64,000 bases of DNA, taken from assembly GCA_976551045.1 (NCBI GenBank), contig CDPCPM010000091.1, positions 1 through 64,000 of the forward strand, given 5' to 3'. Position numbers and translations under genes: made by a program. This document shows positions 37,556-50,300 of the stretch, one piece after another. The notes below the pieces were generated by a model. It saw only the letters and a list, made by a program, of their open reading frames with translations. It had not been told where the DNA came from and did no database searches. This DNA comes from Glaucostegus cemiculus. Lineage: Eukaryota. Positions within the stretch are counted from its first letter, which is position 1. Each line of letters starts with the position of its first letter.

Positions 37556-40500
37556 ACCTTCACACATCAATCACAAAGACAACTGTGAGAGAGCAAGTTT
37601 TCTGTACTCTGAATCAGGTTCTGACTTCCATGAAGTCTAAGAACTTTTTGGAGCACCACTTTCATGAACTTTGACAGCAGGACTTCAATCCATCTCCCAT
37701 GTAGGCACAAAAGACTAATATGGCTACTGGAAGAAAGGTGAAGCCACTTCTTAGAACTCAACTCTGGAGCTGAGAAGAAATCTTCAAATCTATTACACAT
37801 TGGATTCTTTATTCTGGCACCAATATTGAAGGGTAAACCACTTATTTTTGATATTGCTTGGAGCCCATAAATGGCTCTTACTGTGATTGTTTCCAATATT
37901 TTCCTCTATTCTGAGCACATAACATCCTGTAAATAAGCTATCCACTGCCACAATCATCCATCCTTGCACAGCTGTGTACACTCATCATGTTAGATGGCCC
38001 GAAGCTAAAACAGGAAATGGAAGAAAGGTTTCAGAAAACAATATTTAAGGTAGCACAGAAAGGTATTTAAGTTTCTCCACCTCTCTTCAAGACAGCTACA
38101 TGCTATTGATACAGAGTCCAGTGAAGATTCTGGAATGTACCAAGTTTCAGGTGGCTGGATGCATTTTACTCAGCTATGGCTTGAGTACAACCAACACTCT
38201 CAGTCATTTAAATGGGGGTGCCTACCTTCATTAAAAAAGTGCTTAAGTTTTTTTAAACTTCACTTTTCATATTTAATGAACAGTAGTGTAATAATTAACC
38301 AAGTTTTTAACTTTCATCCATTTCAGCTATTCTTAAAATGTGTAAATGATGTAAATGCTTTTAAAACAGCAAATAATACCCTTGAAACCAGCAATGTGAT
38401 AGATGCCCTGGAACCACCGCCTGAAGCTTATTTGCCCCTCATGGACTGCTCATCCAGGTAGAAGGAGTGGCGACCTCCAGCAGGGTCCAGCCCACAGTAC
38501 AGCAGAAGGTACATGTGGCCATGGGATTAGCACAGGAGCTAAGTGCAGACAGTGGGTTCAATCAAACATAATCCAGCCCATTAACCACACATCACAAAAA
38601 ATTCAACACATGTTATGTTACTGGTGTACAAGTTTGAGATTATTTGTAATTGTGTGAATAGAAATAAAATGGTAGATAATGTCAATGGACTGAGGCACAA
38701 ACAGAGGGATTTGGAGCAGCTTTTTGTTAATTATTGACAAGAGGGACAGTTGAACAGGAGTTACACCCATTCCAAGTGCACTTTTATTTTACTGCCTTCT
38801 TCATATACAAACACAGTTTCTGGGTTTTGCTGTATTTTGGGTCTATCCACAGCAAAGCTTAGAGCATGCAGATGTTAGACACCTTGGAAAGCTGTAATGT
38901 GCACCCCATCAGTCCACCAATCTGCATCATACGTTTTAAGATGCCACTGATATCTGAATTACAATCTTGAGTTGCCGCTATCAAGATTAATCCTCTGCCT
39001 GTTGTTGCAACAAGTTCTGGAATCCAGCCTCCTTCTTCATAGAAAGCCAACACACACAATCTTCCTTAGATTCAGTAATTATCCTACAGTTCACAGAAGT
39101 TCACTCGTGCAATGCAATTTGGAAGCAGAAGCCATAAGATATTAAACATATCTGTATGATTTAACATGTATCTCCATAACATGCGAGCAGAAAATTCACC
39201 AAAACTGTTGATTTCAAAAGCGTTGCCCTAGAAGCAGCTTGAAGTATTCACAACCACCAGTATTATCTGGATGGTAAATACTTCCTGAAGGTCTTCCTGC
39301 AGGACAGAAAGCATCCATGCAAAACCTTAGCTTAAAACACAGGCCTCTGGTTAATTCCAACTAACCATGCTTCGAATTGTGTGTGCAATATATGGTGCAG
39401 CTGAAGGCCTGAATATTAATTGCAAATCCAGAAGGCAACCTTTGCACCATCCTGTATCACTGCTTACATACAAAAATCCTACAAATAGCATTTTCCTTTT
39501 TCCTGGAAACAATGCTTAACCTACAACCAGCAAGTTATGGATACCAACTTTGTGAATTTAAGTATGGGGATTAAATTATATATAATTTACTATTATTTAG
39601 TTTGGCATCAACAAAGCTGCTTTTTAAATATTTGACTGGAATCATGTTACAACATTAATACATTAAATTTTAAATTAGGAACCCATCCACATAACTGACT
39701 TAAAGTGAAACAACTCAATTGATCCTAGATTTTAATAAATCATTAAGCAACCCAAAATGCCGTGAACCAACACATAAATTTTCAGCGCCACACCTATTTT
39801 TCTCTTCTACTTCTTAAATAATTATTTTAAAAAACTACAATGTCAATAGCTATGGAACTAGATGTTTCCCAGAAGAATAAAAGCACTTCATTAAATCAAA
39901 GCAGCAGCATTTTATTATTGACAGCACTAAAACTGCCTGATGACTTCAGGAAATAGGAGAACTATCTGAAGTTATTTAAGGTATCATAAATACAATCCAA
40001 TGACTCACTGTCAATACCAGTTATTATAAATCTTATCTACTTAAAAATAATTCAAACAGAGGTATAGTTCCCTTTTTTGTAATCCCAAAGTAATATGTGG
40101 TTTAAAAACCTGTTTATAATATCCAGGCACAGATTTTTTAAATGGCCAAATCTCAATGGCTGAGAACAGTGGGTCCAAATTTTAGCCACATAAATGACAG
40201 TTATCATGGGGTCTCCCAACTGCTACCAAACACAGAAATTCCAGACTTTGTGGCAGATTCAAAAGGAGAGGCTTGAGCTTTTCCAAGACACCAGACCCCC
40301 TTAATTTTGATGGGCTGTGATTAGGGAGGGAAGGGGAAGAGAAATTCAAGATTCAAGATTGCTATATTGTCATTGAGCCGTTGAGACAACAGAACAACGA
40401 GATTTCATTGGCACTCCCATGTCAGACAATAGGCACAATACTTAAATATTAAATAAATAGAGAAGAAATTAAGTTAGAGTTTACACTGTAGGGTTTACTT

Positions 40501-41955
40501 GATGTATTAGAGGGAGAGAGAAGCGAGAAAGAACCTCTTTGTTGAAGCAAGAAAGCGAGAAATGCCTGTTTTTTTGAAAAATTCAGTACAATTTTAACTT
40601 GTGTTTTAAGTTAACTATTTTTACTTTATAAAAGCAGTTCAAGTTTTCTTTTCATTTATTTCAATGTCATTTATTAGTTTTTAGAAATATTGAAAACCAA
40701 TTAATTTACCTCCACGGTTTGTTTTTGACAGTGAGCAAAGATCCGGGCAGGGCTTTGGTAACTTTCTAACCTTTCAGGGTGGGACTTCCTCAATAAAGCA
40801 GTGGTGGCACAGCCAGTGCCCAGGTTATGCTTCCAGAGTGCAAGATGTTTTGTGCAAGCAAAACAGGGCTTCAGTATATTGAGCAGAGAAAGAGAATGAG
40901 TGTGACAATCCCAGGGAGAAGAACTGCCCAGCAAAAAGTGGACACTTAATAGTGAATTAAAGCAAATTAAAAAAAATACTGAACCTCTGAAGATTCTTTT
41001 AGTCAATATTGATTCAGATATGTAACTCAAAAATACCAATCTCAGTACCAAATTTTAAGACCACAAAATGAGTCAAGTGCAGGCCAAAATTTAGTTATGG
41101 TGAGGAGCCTAGTCTTTGGATGAAAAACATTTTCAGGCCTCAGATACATTTTACTAAAATTAGGAAATAGCTTTAAGAATTTATTTATTGCCTTTGCAGA
41201 ATTATTCACTTTTGTTGAACATCTGCCTGTTGTCCACCTCCATTATTTTTGCTAGTGTTTCTAGGCTGATATACGATGAGAGAAACCAGGTTGATTTTCA
41301 TCTTCAAGGCAAGAATTTCAAGGCCAACTCTGGCATCCATACAAATATCCTAGTGAAATTTAGTTGGGAACTCTATAACGTGCAGCCAAGCCACATGGTA
41401 ACTTTACCTGTTCAAACATCAGAACAAATGAGTTCCATCGGTTCTCTGCTACGTTATACGTTCACTTTATCCCAACTTGGGCACAAATTTGATACATAAA
41501 ATTTCACCATCCTCAACATTAGTTCCAAGTATAAATAAAGAATTATAGAAGACAACTTGGCATTTGGCCACTAGCATAGAAGCCAGATAGAAAGAAATAA
41601 AAATATTTTTACATTTGAATAAGACGCAAGTATTAACTGATTTCACTGAGAAGCCCATCAAGCAGCTTCAATAAAATGCCTACAACCATGTGAAAAGAGG
41701 AGCTTTCACATAGCTTTTCTCCCGATGGGTGGCCAGCACACTTCATAGCTAATTGCCAAACTACAAGGGTGATACATGCATCATGGAAGTATCATGGGCT
41801 CGTGAAACAGATAATGCAGGCTAGTTCCAGCAAGCAATTAAATTCTTCAACCACCAAATATTAGCAATGTTGAACAGGACACAAACTGTGTCTGTCATAA
41901 ACTTAAGTCAGTCATTTTGTGTTCAGTATTACACCATATTTTCACTAGTACTTAC

Positions 41956-42093
41956 GCTGGCATCTGCCACCATTGGTTGGATCTCCATAGTATCCTTGCA
42001 TGCAAGCTTCACATTGTCTTCCAACAGTTAGGTTCTTGCATTGTTCACATATACTGCCATTGATGCAAGTACTATGCCCATTACACTGACATG
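41956..42093 (-). CDS. ATRNL1: Attractin-like 1 internal exon (laminin EGF-like 1); about exon 19
   Basis: tttgcag|CA TGT CAG TGT AAT GGG...AGA TGC CAG C|gtaagt. It is 138 nt, phase 1 to 1, and encodes (A)CQCNGHSTCINGSICEQCKNLTVGRQCEACMQGYYGDPTNGGRCQ. Not in the ORF track. Confidence 0.96.
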
Positions 42094-44009
42094 CTGCAAA
42101 AGAAAAAAGAGAACATTAATTGTGACTGTTTATACTCAAATTCCAACTTTTTAAATATTTTGTATAACAAATCACTATTCTAACATGCAAATATGCACTG
42201 AGAATTGTTGACATCAAAACTCCTTGCTTGTATTTTTCTGCCAATCTTCCAGTGTCTTCAGCACATTTAATATTTGTACATTTGTTTGTGAAATTGCTTC
42301 AAAATACTGTGATCAACCCTACTTTAAAGACTACACACCTTTTAACAATAACATTTTGTGAGAATAAATTCTCCTAAATATAACGTGTTTTGAATATTAA
42401 TACAGATAAACAGACAGTGGAAATAACCTTCCATTAAGTTCCTTACTTAGAAATATTGAACACTTCTATCTGATTCTTCTTCATTTTTCTCCGCTATGGT
42501 GAATGCTGAGATAATTGGGAAAACCATCCCAATATCCTTCATGTTATTTCGTGAACCTATTTTGTATTTTATCAGAGTTCCAACATCCTTTAATAAATGG
42601 CTAAAATTGATCACATCAACTTTATCCATCCAGATTATTGACAGATTTACATCCTCATTTGGCATACCACGTATCCACATGTACCTAGAATCTTGCTTGT
42701 CCTATATTTTCCACTGCAGTCTTGCTTTAGACATTCCATGTGTTATTCGATCTCTGTTCCTCTGAACTTATAACTGTTTGGAGGCAATTTCTGTTCTCTT
42801 TTCTTTTAATTAACCCAAATATTACAAGCAACATTAATCTGAACTGAACTGAATTTGCTACAATCTATGAAATTCCTTGGTTTTTCTCCTGCTGTCTTTG
42901 ACTATCTCCCTAACAGCTTGCCAGTGTGATAGCTCTAGTCAACATTGATATGGCTCCCTGTGTGCAAATAGCTGAACTGTTAAACAGAGTACAGACATTC
43001 CAACAATTTTTTTATGCACAGCATCAAAAAGAAGATTTATACCCTTAAAACATTTTTCTCTCCTTTTCACTTTTTTTAATGTCTGGGTCTTAATTTTCTG
43101 AACATGTCATTTGGGAGGTGCACTGTGTAATTCATTTTTTTGTTGGTTTCTGTCAAATACATTGAATAAATTAGAATCAACTCCAAATGCCAATCCCTCC
43201 TCACTAGAAGAGACATTGATGACACAAACATGAAATTGACTTATTACTTATTCAAGTAAACAAGACCCATTTCCAGGGACACTGTTTGACCTTCTTCAAT
43301 ACAGTATTCCAGCCAGAGACAATGTTGCATTCTCAAATCCTGTAGCTTTATTGAACAAAGTATCAAACATGCCATAAAGTGGGCCAGATATAAATGTAAC
43401 AAGGCCAACTAAAATTTCAACTCAAAATCACTTCCAACAAGTAATTTTGATTTCTTGTCTTGATTGGAGGAAACTAAGAACTGGAAAATGTCAATTTTTA
43501 CATCCAATTTTGTTTTCTTCCCCCTTCCTCTTCCCCAGTGTACAGGATTGAACTTGGTCACAATATTAGAATTGAATCATCATGACCTGTTTTCTCCCCC
43601 TCATAGCAAGCTACTCATGTTCACTGTTGACTTAAGGGATAACTAGAGAAAATCTTTTAGCAGATCCCCCGTCTCAACAAACATTCCCTCAATGGCAAAT
43701 CTGTGTAGTTATGGGGCCTTGTCCATGTGATTGCAATCACATCATAATAACGATGCAAAACCACCACTTCCTCATGAAGCAGCACAGAAACTGGCAGCCA
43801 CCAAAGCCAGACACCACCCCACTGCCTGACCCTCACACTTCAGCCTGTGAAATCATTCAAACTATGAATAATTTTGAACTTTTCTGATGCTCATAAGCAT
43901 TAAAAACAAAGACAATAAAATTCAAACCATTAAAAACTGACATTTTAAAAAACTAAGTATAATTTGTATAATCTATAACATTTTTTTAAAAATGTTAAAA
44001 AAAACTAGC

Positions 44010-44835
44010 CTATAGATCAGTTGCAGACATGGACAGAGAAATGGCAGGTGGAATTTAACCCAGATAAATGTGAGGTGTTGCACTTTGGTGGGACTAATGT
44101 CAAGAGGCAGTACACTGTAAAGGGCAAGACCCTTAGTGTTGAAGAGCAGAGAAACCTTGGGGTGCAAATCCATGGCTCACTGAAAGTGGCTACACAGCTG
44201 GATAAGGTGGTAAAGGCGGCTTATGGAATGCTTGCTTTCATTAATAGAGGCATCGAGTACAGGAGTCAAGAAGTTATGATGCACCTCCATAGAACTTTGG
44301 TTAGGCCGCATTTAGAGTATCACGTACAATACTGGTCACCTCATTACAGCAAGGATGTTGAGGTTTTAGAGAGTGCAGTGGAGGTTTACAAGGATGCTGC
44401 CTGGAATAGAGTGCATGTGCTATTCGGAGAGGCTGGACAAACTTGGGCTCTTTTCTCTGGAGCGGTGGAGGCTGAGGGGTGATCTGCTGGAAGCGTATAA
44501 AATTATGAAGGGCATAGATAGGGTGGATAAGCAATATAGCTTTCCCATTACTGAGCAATCCAATACCAGAGGGCATGCCCTTAATGTGAAAGGGGGTAGG
44601 ATCAGAACAGACATCAGGGATACATTTTTCACTCAGAGAGTGGTGAATGCCGGGAATGCATTGCCTGAATGGGTGGTGGAGGCAAATTCTTCGGGGGCTT
44701 TTAACAGGGGCTTGAATGGGCGCATAAATGAGAGGAAAATGGAGGGATATGGGCATTCTGAAGGTAGAAGGGATTAGCTATGTCGGCACAACATTACGGC
44801 CAAAGGGCCTGTTCTGTGCTATACTGCTCTATGTT
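44010..44835 (+). mobile_element. CR1 LINE 3' fragment
   Basis: ORFs 44021-44482 and 44373-44777 (one frameshift) give KWQVEFNPDKCEVLHFG...LVRPHLEY...FFTQRVVNAGNALP; tail ggcctgttctgtgctatactgctctatg. Confidence 0.95.
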
Positions 44836-45477
44836 GCCCTTGTGAATCTTATTTTGAGATTATGTTGAGAATTTTAAGGCCCAGTTAACAGAGAAACAGA
44901 TTTAGTAACGAATCCAACTACATCAACATCCTCTATCAATACCTAAATGGCAGTCACAAACTGGGATAGATCATAATTTAGACTTATAACTACAAGGTAC
45001 TCGATTAAAGGAGCCTCATACAGAGTGTAGTAATTTCAAAATGAATTGTGCTTTCAATCAATACAATACTGGAAAATTAATACATTTAATGCAAGCTTAT
45101 TTTGAATCAATGAACATCCACTCTCAATGGAAACTTGACATTTGCATTTTCTCTATGCCATAGTTAGAAATATAGGAGGGTGTACCTCCAGAAAATATAC
45201 CTTTAAAAAAAAAATCAGGCTTGGGGCTAATTTAGATAGATATCCAAATTTGGAAAAAGTTGTAGTCTTGAGGAAATGTCATTGCACACCCCATATCACT
45301 TAACTTTTCAAACAATTAGTTTGCTTCAAAGAAATTAATACACCAATATAACTATATTACAATAGGCTATCAAAGAATTACAGGTAGTAGTTTCATTAGT
45401 TTGGGCTCCTTTGTACATGAGTTACACAGAAATTGGATGATCCTCATTTCAAAACTGACACATTTTTAATTCAAGAG

Positions 45478-45715
45478 GAACAAAGGACTGCAGATGCTAG
45501 AATCTAGATGAGAAACAGTATGATGCTGGAGGAACTCAGCAGACCAGGCAGCATCCGTGGAGAAAAGCAGGCGGTCAACGTTTCGGTTCAGGACCCTTCT
45601 TCAGGACTGAAGATAGGAAAAGGGGAAGCCCAATATATAGGAGGGAAGCGCAGAGCAGTGATGGGTGGACAAAAGAGGGGAGGCCGGGTGGGCACAAAGT
45701 GGCTAACAGATCCAC
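45478..45715 (-). mobile_element. Penelope-like element terminal (pLTR) fragment
   Basis: actgcagatgctagaatctagatg..tgctggaggaactcagcag..gcagcatccgtggag..caacgtttcgg..ggacccttcttcagg; same family as the 20495, 55328 and 58754 pieces, and carries a hammerhead core typical of PLE termini. Confidence 0.75.
45572..45609 (-). ncRNA. Minimal type I hammerhead ribozyme-like motif (PLE-associated); activity unproven
   Basis: Minus strand cagtc-CTGAAGA-agggtcctgaacc-GAAA-CGTT-gaccg has both catalytic boxes, stem I gtc/gac, an imperfect stem II and palindromic AACGTT in place of stem III. Confidence 0.6.
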
Positions 45716-45952
45716 CAGGGGATGGATTTTAATTTATGCATCTGTGTCATTTCAAATGTTGCCATCAATGCATTCATCAAGGACACTGAACCAAAGAATA
45801 AGATGTGCTTGTCTAATAGCAACATGGGCCACACCAATATTAAAATAGCCAAATTAATTTTAAACCTAAATCATTATTTCAATGCTGTATTTTTAAATTA
45901 TACTTTGGTATAATTTAAAGCTACAGACTAAGCGTTCTGCAATGATGCCTAC

Positions 45953-46171
45953 CTGGGCACTGAATAAAAGCCCATTCATTGTTTTTGTCTTTTGGACAAA
46001 GAACTGTATCGAGTATCATTTCATGAGTATTCTTCCCTGCAGATTTCATTGGTCCTCTTAAAGAGCCTTCCAGACATTGCCCTTTTCCTGTATTTGTGGG
46101 ATCGTTGCACCAGCCACAACCTGGATGTTCCAAGCACTGTTCACACGTACGAAGTCCAGAACAATTTTGAG
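45953..46171 (-). CDS. ATRNL1: Attractin-like 1 internal exon (PSI domain); about exon 18
   Basis: ttgcacag|CT CAA AAT TGT...TGC CCA G|gtaggc. It is 219 nt, phase 1 to 1, and encodes (S)QNCSGLRTCEQCLEHPGCGWCNDPTNTGKGQCLEGSLRGPMK...EWAFIQCP. Confidence 0.96.
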
Positions 46172-46999
46172 CTGTGCAAGCAAAGAAAGAGAAAATTGTA
46201 TTACTTTAAATCTCAAATCAAAAATTCAGACATAGCATGCCAAAATAGTTGTGAAAATTTTCAACCAGTGGGCAAATGAATCCTCCATCAGCAGGAAGTG
46301 AATTGGAAAGTAAACTTTTGTTTTGAAGTACATTTTTGGACATTTATGCAATTTTCATAAATCTGTTCTGTATCAGCAGCATCCCTGGTCTCAGAGTACC
46401 CCTTTATCTGATCATTCTACAACAGATCTCATTATTCTGAGTACAGCCAGGAGATCTTTATGAAATAAGATACATGCAATGCAATAGTTAAATTTCCCAT
46501 CAGATTCATTCTCAAGAATGGAAAACCGATCGTACTTCCTCCAGTATCAACTTTGGTGTCAGCATTTATTCATTCTCAGGCATGTAGAAACAGCTTAGAA
46601 TGCCAGCTTTAATAAATTACCAGACACCATTAGCATGCATTTTTCAATGAAAAGCATGCTGACAAATCACTTTAACCAACATGAACAACAAATTAAAAGC
46701 GGTAACATTTAGGAGCAGAAAAGTGGTAAGTGATTCATTTGGGAGGAAAGAAAGACATATGAAGTAACTGCATCTGTCATCACGACATCCACCAATGAAA
46801 ACATCACACAATAATCAGATGAGTGGATGAGACAGCATTACGGTATCCTACTTGAAGGAAATTAGGATTATAATTCACTGCCTTCATTCAAATAAAGATC
46901 ACCATATAGTTAAGCAACAATAACAGGACTATTCACAATTATTTGATCTGCTTTGCTTGGGTTCCAGCACAACTTATTTTTTTTTTAAACCACAGATGT

Positions 47000-47392
47000 A
47001 AACTGAAAACAGAAAACTGCTGGAAAAACTCAGCACACCAAGAGGCATCTGTGGAAAGAGGAACATGGTTAATATTTCAGGTTGAAGATTATCTTTCAGA
47101 ATCAGGTTTATTATCACTGACACGTCGTGAGATTTGTTGTTTTGCAGCAGCAGTACGATGCAAGGCATAAAAATAAGTTACAAAAATAAATAAAAAGTGC
47201 AAAAGAGGAATAACGAGGTAGTGTTCATGGACCGTTCTGAAATCTGATGGTGGAGGGAAAGAAGCTGGTCCTGAAATGTTGAGTTTGGGTCTTCAGGCTC
47301 TTGCACCTCCTCCCCAATGGTTGTAACATAAAGAGGCCATGTTCCAGAGTCAGAATCTTTGACCTGGAATGTTAACTGTTTCTCTTCCCATA
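47000..47392. mobile_element. Old Penelope-derived inverted pair, split by a Rex insertion
   Basis: Left arm gtggaaagaggaacatggttaatatttcaggttgaaga (about 47051-47088) is roughly the reverse complement of tctttgacctggaatgttaactgtttctcttccca (47356-47390). Confidence 0.6.
47100..47350 (-). mobile_element. Rex-Babar LINE 3' end
   Basis: Colinear with 35463-35720 (tcagaatcaggtttattatcactgac...aaatctgatgg..gggtcttcaggctc). Confidence 0.85.
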
Positions 47393-50300
47393 TATTTTCT
47401 GTAAAGTTTTTCCCTTTTAATTCCTGCAGTGGCTATCTGGTCAAGGCATTTCTCGTAGAAGTCAGTTTGTCCTTTATATTACTTCTTTCATATAATACAC
47501 CCTTTGAATTACTTCTAATCATTAAATACTTGGAATTTTTGGAGGTTTGAGCTTCTTAAAATTCTTACAGATGATACAATCTTCTTACTTTGCACAATCT
47601 TACAGCAATATCAGCATAATACACATGACTGGAGAGTACTTTATGAGAAGTAGTGTCATTAGAACGATGAGCTAATATATTTGCTTTGTCATTAAAATTA
47701 AAATTTGTTTGAGTGGGGTGTCACATGGGAAAGGTACAAGTTGGATCTTTTCCCTTCAGCTCCAATTAAGTTTACATCACAAATTGATGGCATTGCAAAT
47801 TAATGAAAATGTAAAGTCAACGGGGAACTTGGCACCTTGGTGAGTGATGGACTAATAATCTATCTTGCTAACCAATGAAAGTTCAGGATTTGAATGCTGA
47901 ATTACACTCTGGTGGCTGCCTTGGCATTTTCAAAATATGTTTATTATTATGTCCACATGCAGCAAAAATTTGTCAATAAAATTAAGAAATGCATAGACAC
48001 CTTCCTGCCCAGGGTTCCAAATTTTTTTTTAATTCATAAAATTCAGGAGTTGCAGCAGGTTCCATCTGCATGCCAGAGCCAAGAGCAATTCAGATCTAAT
48101 TTTATGATCTACCTTCCTGCTGGACAGAAACATTTTTAGATTTGTCAGGCCACTATTTGCCCAAGTATTATCAATCTGTAAAGCTTGCCTGCAGCACTCA
48201 CTTTCCATTCTGTGCTCTCTTTCAGCTTTATTTTGTTGCATTCCTCAACACGTTCTTTTCTGTGCAAGGGGCCTAGGTTTTGATATTTTGTCAGTTTAGT
48301 CTCCAACCTGGTCGCACACTCTATGTGACACAGGTAGAATAATCACACAAGTTACTTGCCAGATTCATGCTGCAAGGCCATAGGGTAATTACTTTACAGC
48401 ATATTTTTCTTTAGAAACCTGAGGCATCTTTCACGTCAGGCAACTTATCCAACAATTCTGACAACTCTCAACTCTTCATTGCTGCAGACTTTTGTGATTT
48501 CATTCATTAGTAATGGCATGTAATGTAAACACAACACTAATTTCACACAACTTCAGGGAAAATGAGTTTTATTTCCATGCATAATTTACCCTTTCTTCAG
48601 GACTTTTATAGCACAATTTCCAAAGCAACAGGGAATATTTTACATAGCACAAAATCAAATGAAAGCCCAGTATTTCCTCTTAGTGAATAAATGTGGGAAA
48701 AAATGGTCTTTATTTCCAAATACAACTACATTTCCTGAAAGCAGATCTGGAACTGAAAATGTCGATGTCCTTTAATACTTTATATCTGTGACTATCTCTT
48801 AACAAATCAGCCTGTTCCAAATCAATTTTATAATTCAGCAAACATGGCTAGAAATTAGAAGAAATATTTTTGTATTCTTAAAGTTCTAAAACAGTGTCCA
48901 AAATAGCTATGCAATGAATGATTACAAAATTTATTTCTTAATTGTAATTGTACAATATTAGGGGTAGAATATTTTTGGATATTCAAGGTTACACGTCACT
49001 TTAGAATGGTCATACTGAAGAACATTTTAAGGTCAAAGGACAAGTGGGAAATCTAGAAGAATAAAAATCTACAACATAAATCTATTTTAAATCATATCGA
49101 TGTGTCAGAATGTGACAAGTCAACAATGTTCCCTGTCACTGCAGTGTTTATTACAAAAGATAGTCTTTTCATGAGAAAAAAAGGTTTTCAACATTATTTT
49201 CAAAAATACTTTTGAATGGAAAGTTTTTCCACCGTCTTCTGTATGTTTCAGATGTTAAATCAATTTATTATTGTGGTTTATCTGTCATAATGTCTATAGT
49301 ATATCAAAATGGTGTTCTAACAATGCCACAGTTTGTAAGCAAAAGCGATATTCTATCAGTTCATTCAGCATTGATTTTGATCTGTGCTTTCCAGTAATTA
49401 ATGTATTAATTCAGTTAATAAACTAAATCACATTAAGTAAAGCTATCAACTCATTAAAAAGAAAAATTACATGTTAACATGAAGAAAATTTATAGAATTT
49501 AAAAATAATCTTAGACTCAAGACAGGACATCTGAAAACAATTTGAATTAGATTACCATAGCAAAATGCATTTACACAAATAATCTCAGAACAGAGCAGAG
49601 CATAACTGGCAAATGTCTTTGGACAAGCAAAGTCACAGATTTTACAACATAAATTACTGAGGAGAGTCAAGTGCAGGAACTTAATTTTCATTTCAACCAG
49701 TCTTCCAATAGCTGTTAAATTTAACATATTACCTGAAACTACACAAACTGATAATTCAAAAATTACGCTCTGTTTTCTGAATTATTTAATGCCTTCCTTA
49801 TTGCATGTAGCCTCTTCCTCCCACATTTTCCTCCAAGTGTTGTGCATTTGTTGCATTCTGACACTTTTCAGGAATTCCACCCTTCAATCCATATTCCCCA
49901 ATCTCCCAGGTAGTCCTGATTAGGAAGTAATGTCATAACAATACAATTAATTTAAATTCATGTTTATCACTAACAAATATTCCTTCACGGTTTCAGAAAG
50001 TGCCCCTGTTGTTCTTTAATTAACATTGAGAGTTTATGAGAGTCAACATGTACCAGCAAAGCAGGATTACAATGGGAACTACCACAACACTTGCAGGAGA
50101 GGAACTTACTGTAATCGCAAGGGCGTAAGAGGTTAGATTTGGTAAATCAAAGAACAATTAATGATTGGGAAGGGGATAGGGGAAGAGATCAAAATAGTAT
50201 TGGATTTTAAGTACTCAGTAGCAAAGGGACTGGAGCCTTCCAAGGAGTCTGGAGGTTGACAGACCAAAGATGCCAAGCTCAGAAATAACTGGAAGATGGA

